From NCBI GenBank assembly GCA_030828025.1, contig JAURDG010000001.1, positions 1 through 42,070 of the forward strand: a DNA stretch of 42,070 bases, read 5' to 3'. The notes under the pieces are model-generated. The model ran no database searches. It was not told the origin of the DNA and saw only the letters and a list, made by a program, of their open reading frames with translations. The translations under genes and the position numbers were made by a program. Shown here one piece after another: positions 19,038-28,780 of this stretch; position 1 is the stretch's first letter; the number at the start of each line of letters is the position of its first letter. The DNA is from Flavobacteriaceae bacterium (GTDB taxonomy: Bacteria; Bacteroidota; Bacteroidia; Flavobacteriales; Flavobacteriaceae).

Positions 19038-20723
19038 TTAATGGGTTAATTTAGTCAAAGTATCCGAATTGTTTTCAGGTTTAGTCCAATCAACCCATTT
19101 TTTTGTATTTATGCCGTTGATATATTTTTCAATATTGGTATAACCGTCTTCATTTATATCTCCATTTGCATCAGATGCATCTTTTGGGTTTAAACCATTT
19201 GCCTTTTCCCATTTGTCTGGCATACCATCCCCATCTGAATCTTTATAGGGTTTTCCTTTGTAAACGGGATATCCACCCACTTGGTCTGGACTGGTAATAA
19301 TCCCCATTTTATAAGAATCTGGAGGTAGTCTTCTTCTAATAAACTCTTGACCAATGGTGTTTTCTAGCCCGTCTTGATATTCAATTTTTCCTGTCCTAAC
19401 ATATTGGATAACTCTATGATCAACGGCATCACGTTTGGGCAAAGTTGCACCCACATTGTCCAATACAAAATCATAAGCTTCTTTTGCTGGCATAATAGTC
19501 AATGGCGACATCTCAAAAGGTGTTTCTTGTTTGATCATCGCTAAATAATCTTTGGCTTCCTCAAAAGTTCGATTTTCAATTTGAACTCCACCAGCCCAAT
19601 TATCAGCTGAAATTTTGGGAGCACCTACTACAAAATTTCCGGAAACATAGGCACGGCCAAAAGTTTTTGGTTGTCTATAACCAGACTCTGGTTTCAAAAT
19701 TCTATAACGAATGGGTTTGTCTTTTGGAGTAATCGGCCCTGGCTTAAAGTAATTATTAATGATGTTAAACATCGAGCGGTAGTCTCCGCCATCTAGGGAT
19801 CGATTCCACCAATTAAACACCACATTATTTACAAAGTTAAAACTTCCATACATGCCTATAGAAGGATTTCGAGAAATGTTATTCGCCCATAAATTGCGTA
19901 TGAAGGTGCTGTTTAATCCGCCAATAGTACTTCCAAAGGCATGATTATAGGTGTCCAATCCCTCAGAAGAAATTGTATTTTGGATCGTTACATTGACTGC
20001 CGGCATCTTTTCTAATTTGGATTTATCGTTGGCTTGAAATTGATGTCTGTATAACGAAATATTTTCGTCCAATCCCCAACTTACAGAGCAATGATCAATA
20101 ATCACATTACCGATAACATTTCCGCCAACAGCGTCATCCCTTCTTGTTACATCAGTAGCGCCACGACGAAAGCGCATGTGTCGAATAATTATGTCATGAG
20201 TATCGAGTAATAACGACTCTCCTGCTACACAAACACCATCGCCTGGAGCAGTTTGGCCAGCTATAGTGATATAGGGTGCTCGAACACTTATAGGCATTTT
20301 AAGTTGGATAATTCCAGAGACATTAAACACAACAATCCGTGCACCAACCGCTTCACAAGCCTCTCGTAGAGTGCCTTTACCGCTATCGGCTAAGCTGGTA
20401 ACAACATACACTTTTCCACCACGACCACCAGGCGTGAAAGCGCCGCCGCCTTCGGCTCCTGGAAATGCTGGAATTTCTGCCTTAATAAGATCACCTGGAT
20501 AAGAAGCCCAAGGAATATAAGGACGACCCTGCTTGGTTTCTTCCTCAATTATATGATAGTTGTTTTCCCAAATAGACTTTAAGCGAAGTTCTTCAAGAGC
20601 AAGTAATGAATCTGTTTTTGATTGAAGTGCTTTGGGAATATTGGGGTATTGTGCCGTAGAAAAAAATGCTGTTAAACTTATACCTAGTAAAATTGCACGG
20701 TTAAGGCTGTTTGTTCGTTTCAT
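19038..20723 (-). CDS. PL1 pectate lyase (paralogue a)
   Basis: The ORF track gives 19038-20762. I prefer the internal ATG at 20723 because MKRTNSLNRAILLGISLTAFFSTAQ is a clean signal peptide. PL1 motifs: FPGAEGGGAFTPGGRGGKVYVVTSL, ITIAGQTAPGDG, IIRHMRFRRG. C-terminal Asp-rich Ca-binding-type motif. Confidence 0.85.
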   Translation of the reverse strand: MKRTNSLNRAILLGISLTAFFSTAQYPNIPKALQSKTDSLLALEELRLKSIWENNYHIIEEETKQGRPYIPWASYPGDLIKAEIPAFPGAEGGGAFTPGGRGGKVYVVTSLADSGKGTLREACEAVGARIVVFNVSGIIQLKMPISVRAPYITIAGQTAPGDGVCVAGESLLLDTHDIIIRHMRFRRGATDVTRRDDAVGGNVIGNVIIDHCSVSWGLDENISLYRHQFQANDKSKLEKMPAVNVTIQNTISSEGLDTYNHAFGSTIGGLNSTFIRNLWANNISRNPSIGMYGSFNFVNNVVFNWWNRSLDGGDYRSMFNIINNYFKPGPITPKDKPIRYRILKPESGYRQPKTFGRAYVSGNFVVGAPKISADNWAGGVQIENRTFEEAKDYLAMIKQETPFEMSPLTIMPAKEAYDFVLDNVGATLPKRDAVDHRVIQYVRTGKIEYQDGLENTIGQEFIRRRLPPDSYKMGIITSPDQVGGYPVYKGKPYKDSDGDGMPDKWEKANGLNPKDASDANGDINEDGYTNIEKYINGINTKKWVDWTKPENNSDTLTKLTH

Positions 20724-21390
20724 GCTGACTTTTTGTTTTGTTGGCTTTTTTAATTCGTTCATGCCAATCTTTACTTTCTTTATTTAAATCATAGCCCTGA
20801 GCAGACAAATAATTGTTAATTCGCCCTTTGTATTTTCCAAACCAAGCGTGTTTCTCTTTTGAGGATCCTGCATCCATAGCCTGCTCACGTGCTTCCACTA
20901 AATTAACATATATAAACTTTTTTTGTTCTTCGGTTAGCTGGAGAAGCATTTCTAAAAACGCCTGATAGGTTTTGGGCACAACCCAGTAGGTCATTCCGTC
21001 TTTAACGGCATCTACTTTTTCAGGAGACAAGTGTATTTCTAACTTATGAATATAGGTTTTGTGTAATTTATTAATGGCTTTTGTTGCCTTGGATGTTACC
21101 CTTCCAATGTGTTGATCCTGCTTGGTTTTAGACAATTTTTTCAGCTTTATCAGCCCTATTTTTGCATCACGTTTATCGTGAATTTGGCTAAGATTCCTGT
21201 ATTGTTCTGCTATTATATCAATCAGCAAAGATTCTTCTTCGGGGTTTGATAGCGCTAATTTTTCAACAATTTTTGATGCGCGCTTTTGAGTCACTTTTAT
21301 GTATGCTGGATCTTTATGTTGTTGTGCAAAATTGTAGCCACACAACAATGAAAAAAATAAGGTAAAAATTCTTGATTTTTTTATTGCCAT
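20701..21390 (-). CDS. DUF3826-like secreted helical protein of unknown function
   Basis: 229-aa ORF with signal peptide. Lys/Glu-rich helical sequence ending ...INNYLSAQGYDLNKESKDW, which I recognise as the DUF3826 pattern common in pectin PULs. It lies between two PL1 genes. Confidence 0.6.
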   Translation of the reverse strand: MAIKKSRIFTLFFSLLCGYNFAQQHKDPAYIKVTQKRASKIVEKLALSNPEEESLLIDIIAEQYRNLSQIHDKRDAKIGLIKLKKLSKTKQDQHIGRVTSKATKAINKLHKTYIHKLEIHLSPEKVDAVKDGMTYWVVPKTYQAFLEMLLQLTEEQKKFIYVNLVEAREQAMDAGSSKEKHAWFGKYKGRINNYLSAQGYDLNKESKDWHERIKKANKTKSQHETNKQP

Positions 21391-21423
21391 ATTAATGATT
21401 TAGAATTCATCGTTAGGAACAAC

Positions 21424-23124
21424 TTATTGATGTATTGGTGTGATTAAGGTTTCTTTATTGTTGCGCAAATCTTTCCAGTCGATTTTGGTGTTTGGGTTTG
21501 TTCCATTTAAATAATCTTCAATATTGGAATAACCATCACTGTTTTTATCTTTGGCTGCGTCTTGGGCATCAAATGGGTTTAATCCATACTTGATTTCCCA
21601 AGCATCAGGAATGCCATCTTTATCTGAATCTACATATGGTTTTCCATGATATTCGGGGTAGCCGCCCACTTGAGCAATATCTGTAATAATACCTTTTTTA
21701 TAGGAGTCAGCTGGCAAACGTCTGTGCTTAAATTGGTAGAAAGAATCTGAGTCTAAACCTTTGGTGTATTCAGGTTTACCTGTTGTTACCACCCTGACGA
21801 TTCTTTCGTCCACCTCATCACGTATGGGCAGTGTTGCACCTACATTTTTTAACACAAAATCATAAGCATCTTTGGCGGTCATCATTTTACGCATCCATGG
21901 CGAAGGTAGCGGCTGATTAACCTTCATTTTAGGGAAATACATTTTAGCTTCTTCAAAAGACATTAATGCCCCATTTTTTCCTTCCATTTGCACCCCACCA
22001 TCCCAGTTGTTTGCCGTAACTTTTGGGTTTCCTTCAACAAAATTTCCATCAACATAGGTACGACCAAAGACCAAGTAATCCAACTTACTTCTCCCAGATT
22101 CAGGCTTTAGAATTCTGTATCCAATAGGTTCTTTTTTCGAAGTGATGGGTCCTGGTTTAAAATAGTTATTAATAATATTATAGCTCGCTGTATAATCACC
22201 CCCATCAATAGATCTATTGCTCCAGTTAAAAACAACATTGTTTACAAAATTGAAAATACCATTCCACCCAATTGACGGATTCCTACCCGCATTGTTCGCC
22301 CACATATTTCGAATAAACAAACAATTTTCTCCACCTAAGGTGCTTCCAAATGCGTGGTTATAGGTATCTAAAGCTTCGCCAAACAAACTGTTTTGAATGG
22401 TAATATTAACTGTAGGTTTCTTTTCATCTTTATAATCTGCGCCAGGATTGTACATATGCCTGTAAAGCGACATATTTTCGTCTAATCCCCATGTAGCAGA
22501 AATATGATCAAGTATGATATTTCCAACAGGATTACCGCCTAGGGCATCGTCTCTTCGCCCAACAAAAGTTTCTCCTCTGCGAAAACGCATATGCCGAATC
22601 ACTACGTCGTGGGTGTCAATCCAAACAGATTCGCCAGCCACACAAACACCGTCTCCCGGAGCAGTTTGACCAGCAATAGTTATATAAGGGGCGCGAATAA
22701 TTAGCGGTGTCTCAAGCTGAATGATCCCTGCTACATTGAATACGATAATTCGAGCACCTCCCTGCGCACAAGCCTCACGAAAACTTCCAGGACCATCATC
22801 CGCCAAGCTAGTTACGGTAAACACCTTACCTCCACGTCCTCCAAATGAATACATGCCACCTCCTTCTGCTCCAGGAAAAGCAGGTATTTTGGCTTGAGGC
22901 AGGTCTGTTGGTCTTGATGCCCAAGGAATGTAGGGTTTGCCAGCTGCTGCCTCTTTTGCAACAATAATTTGTGCTTTTTCCCAAGCTTTGTCTGCTTGTG
23001 CATAAGCTTTGGTCTTTATTTGTTTTTCCTTTTCACGATCTTGATCGGTCAATTTTGGATATTGCGCATTTAGCTTACATATCGTTAAAAAAAGTAGAAA
23101 GAAATAATAAGTAGATTTTTTCAT
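21424..23124 (-). CDS. PL1 pectate lyase (paralogue b)
   Basis: The ORF track gives 21424-23196. The ATG at 23124 gives the signal peptide MKKSTYYFFLLFLTICKLNAQ. About 65-70% identical by eye to paralogue a across FPGAEGGG...ITIAGQTAPGDGVCVAGES...RHMRFRRG. Confidence 0.85.
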   Translation of the reverse strand: MKKSTYYFFLLFLTICKLNAQYPKLTDQDREKEKQIKTKAYAQADKAWEKAQIIVAKEAAAGKPYIPWASRPTDLPQAKIPAFPGAEGGGMYSFGGRGGKVFTVTSLADDGPGSFREACAQGGARIIVFNVAGIIQLETPLIIRAPYITIAGQTAPGDGVCVAGESVWIDTHDVVIRHMRFRRGETFVGRRDDALGGNPVGNIILDHISATWGLDENMSLYRHMYNPGADYKDEKKPTVNITIQNSLFGEALDTYNHAFGSTLGGENCLFIRNMWANNAGRNPSIGWNGIFNFVNNVVFNWSNRSIDGGDYTASYNIINNYFKPGPITSKKEPIGYRILKPESGRSKLDYLVFGRTYVDGNFVEGNPKVTANNWDGGVQMEGKNGALMSFEEAKMYFPKMKVNQPLPSPWMRKMMTAKDAYDFVLKNVGATLPIRDEVDERIVRVVTTGKPEYTKGLDSDSFYQFKHRRLPADSYKKGIITDIAQVGGYPEYHGKPYVDSDKDGIPDAWEIKYGLNPFDAQDAAKDKNSDGYSNIEDYLNGTNPNTKIDWKDLRNNKETLITPIHQ

Positions 23125-23246
23125 TTTTATTTTAAATGTGTTAACACCATTTGCTAATAGTAAAAATTGATAAGGGTTCTTAATTGTAAGGCACAACTAG
23201 AAACCCCAATAAATCAATGACGCAAACGCCATCCAACAATAGATAA

Positions 23247-25229
23247 TTATTTGGTTGGATCAAAAGTACCACCCCATCCTTGCGTTTGTTCTAAGTAGGG
23301 AGCGGTTGCTAACAATTTGTCGTAAATACCAAAGAAGTAGTATTCATTATACCACTTGAATGTAAAATCTGTTGGGTCGATATTATCTCTAACCATTACT
23401 TCAAAATGGTTGTCATATAAATAATCTACATATTCTTCGTACGAGTTTACCCCTGCAGGGTAAGACGTTGCGTCTCTATTGATGATGGGTGCAGATGTGC
23501 CCTTGAAAGGATCACGTGCAAATCCCATTTCATAAATTGTATTAGCATCCGATTTGGCAATAATGTAGTATCCCTTTCTACGAGATCCTTCAATGGGGTC
23601 AACGTTTAATCTAGAACAAGTACCAAAGTCATCGTTATAGAGCAACCAACGACGCAAGTCATGAAAACGCTTGTTTTCATAGGCAAACTCAGCAGTTCGC
23701 TCATTGATAATAACAGAAAAATGTTCGTCTCTAGAAACCACATTGGACAATCCGTACGCACCATCTAGATTCTGCGTTCCAACGCGAGCTCTAATTTGTT
23801 GTAGATATGATTTTCCTAACGCTAACTCATTAATTCCAACAGCGCTTTCAGCAAGGTTTAACACCACCTCAGCAAAACGGATCTCCATATAGTTGGTACC
23901 GTTATTCCTGAAATTATTGGTGTTGCTGGAATTATCATTGGTAAATTTTCTAAGGTTAACTCCAGTAACACTTTGCGGGTTATTTGTGCCTAAAATAGGT
24001 TTTCCTGGCTCTGCAGTAAGTGGATACCAGCTGTAAGTCCAGTGCTTATAATTAGAGTTTTCTTTATAAGGCCAAACACTGCCGTTATATGCAAAAGTGT
24101 GATAGAAGCGTGGATCGCGATTTCTATAAAAATGATTTAGATTTCCATTTCGATCAAAAGATGTCCCATCAGCCATTGGAAAGGCATCCATAATGTTGGT
24201 GGTTGGTATGATACCTTCATTACCACCTTGCGTCACTGCTCTTGAGTGATGTTCCGTGTAATTATTTTTGGCAATCCCTGTTGTATTGGATGTAAAATCA
24301 TTAAACCCAAAGCTAAAAATAGCCTCCATGCTATCGTCCTTAAACCACATGTTTTTCCAATCTGGGTCTAGCCCTTTTCCTGCAGCCAAACATACATTGT
24401 AGGCTTCTAAATTAGCGTCATAGGCACGTTGCCATCTCGCTTGATCGTCCGTTCGATTAAATAGTGGGCTGGCCCAAGTAAGTAAGACTCTTCCTTTTAA
24501 GGCGGCGGCAGCTTCGACAGTAATTCTTCCCAAATCAGCAGCAGTATAAGGTCTTCCTGCTTTTAGAAGCTCCTGCGCCATTTCTAAATCCGCAACAATT
24601 TGATTGACGGTTTCTTCTGAAGTACTCCTTGGCGTTTGATTGCTAGGTGTATCAACCGTTAGACCCAATTCTGTAGTTACCAACGGAATGCCTCCATAAA
24701 GTCTAAACAATTCAAAATATTGCCAAGCCCGCCAAAAATACAACTGCCCCTTTATTTGATTGACAAAGTCTTCATCAAGACCCGTATATTTATCTACATT
24801 GTTTATGTAAAGGTTACAATACCTGATTCGCGTATAAGCATTGTTTTGTGGGTTTGTAGCTACAGGCTGTCCGATTGATTTTATACAATGGTTATTTAAC
24901 GGAGAAATATCTGACCACTCTTGGTTAAGATCGACTCGACCAGAGACTTCATCAGTAGCTTTGTTAAATAAATCAACAGACCCTCTTCCAGCTACATCAG
25001 AGTTATCTAATGCTGCACGAGACCAAGTTGTCATGTTGGCGTTATTGTCCGGAAGCATCGAATAGTACATATTATCCACAAAACTAGTCGCCAAAAACTC
25101 GTCCTGATAGATTTCAACATCCACTTTCTGAAAATTCTTCTTTTCTTCGATAAATTCTGTACTACATGCCGATAAAACAAGGCTTGTTAGTACTATGATA
25201 AATTGTTTATTTGGTTGTAAATTTTTCAT
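23247..25229 (-). CDS. SusD/RagB-family outer-membrane glycan-binding lipoprotein
   Basis: 660-aa ORF immediately downstream of the SusC-like gene (10-nt gap). Lipobox LVLSAC followed by acidic residues. Sequence character is typical of SusD-family proteins. Confidence 0.9.
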   Translation of the reverse strand: MKNLQPNKQFIIVLTSLVLSACSTEFIEEKKNFQKVDVEIYQDEFLATSFVDNMYYSMLPDNNANMTTWSRAALDNSDVAGRGSVDLFNKATDEVSGRVDLNQEWSDISPLNNHCIKSIGQPVATNPQNNAYTRIRYCNLYINNVDKYTGLDEDFVNQIKGQLYFWRAWQYFELFRLYGGIPLVTTELGLTVDTPSNQTPRSTSEETVNQIVADLEMAQELLKAGRPYTAADLGRITVEAAAALKGRVLLTWASPLFNRTDDQARWQRAYDANLEAYNVCLAAGKGLDPDWKNMWFKDDSMEAIFSFGFNDFTSNTTGIAKNNYTEHHSRAVTQGGNEGIIPTTNIMDAFPMADGTSFDRNGNLNHFYRNRDPRFYHTFAYNGSVWPYKENSNYKHWTYSWYPLTAEPGKPILGTNNPQSVTGVNLRKFTNDNSSNTNNFRNNGTNYMEIRFAEVVLNLAESAVGINELALGKSYLQQIRARVGTQNLDGAYGLSNVVSRDEHFSVIINERTAEFAYENKRFHDLRRWLLYNDDFGTCSRLNVDPIEGSRRKGYYIIAKSDANTIYEMGFARDPFKGTSAPIINRDATSYPAGVNSYEEYVDYLYDNHFEVMVRDNIDPTDFTFKWYNEYYFFGIYDKLLATAPYLEQTQGWGGTFDPTK

Positions 25230-25239
25230 ATCTATTTAA

Positions 25240-28200
25240 TTAAAAGCCAACGTTTACACCTAATGAATATGTTCTTAAAACTGGATAGCTATTATAACCA
25301 CCGTAAGGACTCAATCCATATTCTTTGTATGGATTGAATAAAATGAACGGATTGATCCCTACAAGGTTTAATCTAAATGATCGGATTCCAAGTTTTTCAG
25401 TTATTTTATCCGGTAAAGAATAACTCAAATTGATGTTTCGCATCACTAAACTGAAACTACTGACTTGCCAAAATCTTGAGCTTACCGTGTTAATCCCACC
25501 ATCGCTAGAGCCTATTCCTCCATTTATAGATCGGGCAAGGTTAGGAATTGTTCCTGTAGGGTTTAGCTGCTCGTCATACATATTGCCCCAAAAAGCAGGT
25601 CTATTTTGGTAATTTCCTGTAATTAAATCCGAGTCTAATGGCGTTTTGGCACTACCTACTTCTCGGTATCCGCCCCAATTAACGGTCAACACAGTATTTA
25701 AACTAAGTTGCTTGTATTTAAGTCTGATTGGAGATGAAAACCCTTGTGGTCCTCGAGCTGGCTTTTGCAATTGAATTTGGTCATTTTCGTTAATGATTCC
25801 ATCTTTTGGACCAAAGGTTTTTGTTTCTGGATCCCAGTCACCTCTTACATCTCTGTAGAACAACATTCCAGGGCGTAAATCTGAGGAAGAAATACCCAAA
25901 ATCTGGGTAACACCAGTTTCGGCAAGGTACTTATCAATATCTGCTTGTGACTTAAACATACCTAAATAATCATAGCCCCATACACCTCGATCTGAGCTTC
26001 CTGGCTGATTGGTCTCCCAAGGTCTCCAATATCTTTCGTTTGAAAAATTCCCTTGTTTAATATTGTTTTGATACCACCCTAAATTAAAGCTTATGGCATA
26101 AGAAAAATCTTGACCAATGGTGTCACTCCAACCAATTGCAAACTCCGATCCCCATGTATCAGCAATCCCGTAGTTGATTGATGCCGAAGCACCACCAACT
26201 GAAAAGGGCACACCTGAATTTAAGTTCACCAAAAGTTCATCTCCTTTGTTGTAAAACGTTTCGAAAGTAGTGGAAAGTCTATCATCCAAAAATCTTGCAT
26301 CTACTCCAATGTTAAACTTAGATTCTTTGCCCCATTTAATATCAGGATTTGCGATTCGATCTGGCGATAATCCAGATGAAACCGAAGCATTGTTTCCAAA
26401 AACAGCACCATCTCCAATTTGGATATCAAAATTTTGACGCCACTGCCAAGCCCTAGCATCATCTTTGCCTACATAACCAATAGAAGCTCTTAATTTTAAG
26501 AAATCAATCGTATTGGAGTTGAAGAAATTCTCATTAGAAATAATCCAACCTCCAGAAAGGGAGTAAAAATTGCCCCAATAGTTTTCGGGAGCAAATTTGG
26601 CAGAAGCATCTGATCTAAAAAGAAATTCAGCAAAATATGTTTGATCGTAGTTGTAATTTAATCTTCCTATATAGCCCAAATCACCAGACTCACTTTTCCA
26701 GTTAAAGGTGTTTTGTGTGTCAAAGCCGCCCGTTGTTTGCCATATCATGCCGTCTGACCAATCAGGGACACCATATTTAATAACTCGATCTCTGTTTTCA
26801 AATCGTTCTGATTTTTCAACAGCAAACAAAGAAGAAACACTGTGTTTGCCAAAATCTTTGTTAAATGTGGCCTGAAAGCGCATTTGCTCTGTTCCACTTC
26901 TGTTATTATCTATTAAGAGTCGGTCTCCATTAACAATCTCATTTTCAATTCGAATAAGGTTAGTTCCTCTGGGACCTGAACCGTTTTCGTAAAGAATATA
27001 GGTATTTCCAGGTGTAGAAGTAAAATTCGGCTCGTTATCTGTCAGATCTTCGTCAGCACCATAAAACTCATACAGTTCAAACCTACTGCCAACTTGGTCA
27101 GCTCTGTTGCTACTTTCTTGACGGGAATAATTGGCTGCTATTTTTAACCCATTAATAAAGGGTACATCATACTCTAAATTTATATTATAGGACACATTAT
27201 TTCCTATGCTTTTTGCAAGGTTTTGAAGCCTTTGGATCTCACCAAAATGATATCCAACAAGGGCGTCATTTCCACTAGATCCGATTTGAATTGCTGGCAA
27301 TCCGTTTATATACATGGGTAAAAATGGCGCTCTGTTTTGCAATTGCCTAAAATCATTTTCTTGGTTTTCACTTCCAATTTTACTGGTTGTTTTACTTTCA
27401 TCAGTAAAATATCCAGCCACTTGAAAATTCGCTTTGAATCCTTTTGAAAGGTTGATGCTAGATCCTGCCCTAAAAGACCAACGATTAAAATCTAAGGTTC
27501 CTAAATTTCCTTCCTGACCATATTGAGAAATACCACCAAAATAAGTTGCGTCGTCGCTTCCACCTGTCACATTAAGGTTATGTCGTTGAGTGGCAGCGGC
27601 TTTCCAGTAATCATCTAAAGCATTATAACTATTGGTTTTAAAATGCTCCATCTCAGCGGGTGAGAAAAAGTAGCGAGTGTCGGGAGCAATATCAGTAGGA
27701 TCATATGCGCGTCCAGCACCATTAAGGCCATTCATAATATTGAAAACTTTTGCAAAATCATAAGCATTAAGCATGTTGTGACGATAAGTTTCATCAGCAA
27801 CAGAAAAGTTTCCAGAATAAGAAAACTTGGCTGGACCCTTTTTTCCTCTTTTTGTAGTCACTAAAACCACTCCTTGAGCAGATCGTGACCCATAAATAGC
27901 TGCAGAAGCGTCTTTGAGAAACGATATGCTTTCTATTTGAGAAGCATCCAAACTATTAAATAAAGTAGGGTCGGTATAACCAGTATTCGGATCTATTTGA
28001 ACAACCCCATCAATCACATATAACGGCTCTGTGGAATAACTATCCTTTGCACGAATGTTGTTTCCAACGACGGGGTTTCGAATAGTGATTTGAGCCGATT
28101 GCCCTGGCCTTGATTCTCCTCCACTTACGCTAACACCCAATACGCGACCAACAAGCGCAGTTCCCAAACTTCCAACAGGTAAATCCTCAATTTCGGAACC

Positions 28201-28590
28201 TTGAACACTAACAACAGAGCCCGTGATTTCTTCTTTTTTTTGTGTGCCATAACCAACAACGACTACTTGGTCTAATTCCTGAACATTTTCACGCAAAACA
28301 ACTTCAAGAAATGAATTGTCTTTAATTCTCAATTCGAGCTTCTCCATCCCAATGTAAGAAAAAATTAACGTGGCATTTGGAAGTACATTAATTGAAAAGT
28401 TTCCGTCAAAATCCGTAATGGCAGCATTCGAAGTTCCTTTTTCAATAACATTAGCACTTGGAAGTGCAATTCCAGATTCATTTACAACACTACCATTAAT
28501 CGTAATTTTTGATGTTGATTGTGCAAAAACAGAAATGTTAAGGAAGCTAATAAAAACTATGAGCAATCCTTTTGTGCATGTTTTTTTCAT
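25240..28590 (-). CDS. SusC/RagA-family TonB-dependent outer-membrane transporter
   Basis: The ORF track gives 25240-28677. The ATG at 28590 (cat at 28588-28590) gives the signal peptide MKKTCTKGLLIVFISFLNISVFAQ. Carboxypeptidase-regulatory-like domain (INGSVVNESGIALPSANVIEKGTSNAAITDFDGNFSI), SusC signature VVVGYGTQKKEEITGSV and terminal ...SLGVNVGF. No STN domain. Confidence 0.92.
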   Translation of the reverse strand: MKKTCTKGLLIVFISFLNISVFAQSTSKITINGSVVNESGIALPSANVIEKGTSNAAITDFDGNFSINVLPNATLIFSYIGMEKLELRIKDNSFLEVVLRENVQELDQVVVVGYGTQKKEEITGSVVSVQGSEIEDLPVGSLGTALVGRVLGVSVSGGESRPGQSAQITIRNPVVGNNIRAKDSYSTEPLYVIDGVVQIDPNTGYTDPTLFNSLDASQIESISFLKDASAAIYGSRSAQGVVLVTTKRGKKGPAKFSYSGNFSVADETYRHNMLNAYDFAKVFNIMNGLNGAGRAYDPTDIAPDTRYFFSPAEMEHFKTNSYNALDDYWKAAATQRHNLNVTGGSDDATYFGGISQYGQEGNLGTLDFNRWSFRAGSSINLSKGFKANFQVAGYFTDESKTTSKIGSENQENDFRQLQNRAPFLPMYINGLPAIQIGSSGNDALVGYHFGEIQRLQNLAKSIGNNVSYNINLEYDVPFINGLKIAANYSRQESSNRADQVGSRFELYEFYGADEDLTDNEPNFTSTPGNTYILYENGSGPRGTNLIRIENEIVNGDRLLIDNNRSGTEQMRFQATFNKDFGKHSVSSLFAVEKSERFENRDRVIKYGVPDWSDGMIWQTTGGFDTQNTFNWKSESGDLGYIGRLNYNYDQTYFAEFLFRSDASAKFAPENYWGNFYSLSGGWIISNENFFNSNTIDFLKLRASIGYVGKDDARAWQWRQNFDIQIGDGAVFGNNASVSSGLSPDRIANPDIKWGKESKFNIGVDARFLDDRLSTTFETFYNKGDELLVNLNSGVPFSVGGASASINYGIADTWGSEFAIGWSDTIGQDFSYAISFNLGWYQNNIKQGNFSNERYWRPWETNQPGSSDRGVWGYDYLGMFKSQADIDKYLAETGVTQILGISSSDLRPGMLFYRDVRGDWDPETKTFGPKDGIINENDQIQLQKPARGPQGFSSPIRLKYKQLSLNTVLTVNWGGYREVGSAKTPLDSDLITGNYQNRPAFWGNMYDEQLNPTGTIPNLARSINGGIGSSDGGINTVSSRFWQVSSFSLVMRNINLSYSLPDKITEKLGIRSFRLNLVGINPFILFNPYKEYGLSPYGGYNSYPVLRTYSLGVNVGF

Positions 28591-28780
28591 GGTTATATTG
28601 TTTAAGCTTTTGACTGTAGTCGTTGATTGTTTTAATACTATGCTAATATTAATAATCGTAAATAAAAAAAATGGCATTTTTTAACGACGACCAATTTTAT
28701 AAATCACTTCTTTTAAATTTATTGAAATTTGAACTAACTATTGTAGATGTTAATATAATTAAAAAACAAAATCAAAAAAT
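28591..28780. promoter_or_regulatory. AT-rich divergent intergenic region expected to hold the promoters for susC (minus) and the aldolase/symporter pair (plus)
   Basis: This is the only sizeable non-coding stretch (190 nt) and it lies between divergent genes. Near-matches to the Bacteroidota -7 element TAnnTTTG: GAAATTTG at 28724-28731 (plus strand, about 50 nt before the ATG) and TAAAATTG on the minus strand at about 28692-28699. Neither is a perfect match. Confidence 0.35.

Noticed and set aside
23217-23232. Hairpin 15 nt after the susD stop (minus-strand RNA AUGGCG-UUUG-CGUCAU followed by a U-rich tract), considered as an attenuator separating susCD from the enzyme genes
   Set aside because: The stem is only 6 bp including a G-U wobble and the U tract is interrupted. 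That is too weak to call a terminator from sequence alone.
28591-28677. N-terminal extensions given by the ORF track for SusC (28591-28677) and for the PL1 genes (23125-23196 and 20724-20762)
   Set aside because: The longest-ORF starts add non-signal-peptide residues ahead of textbook signal peptides that begin at internal ATGs (MKKTCTKGLL..., MKKSTYYFFLL..., MKRTNSLNRAILL...). I moved the starts accordingly, but they are not experimentally certain.
28370-28684. 104-aa plus-strand ORF antisense to the 5' end of susC, considered as a possible small protein or antisense regulator
   Set aside because: The translation is just the antisense reading of the SusC signal-peptide and N-terminal domain codons. 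There is no promoter-like element upstream inside susC, so nothing in the sequence supports independent function.
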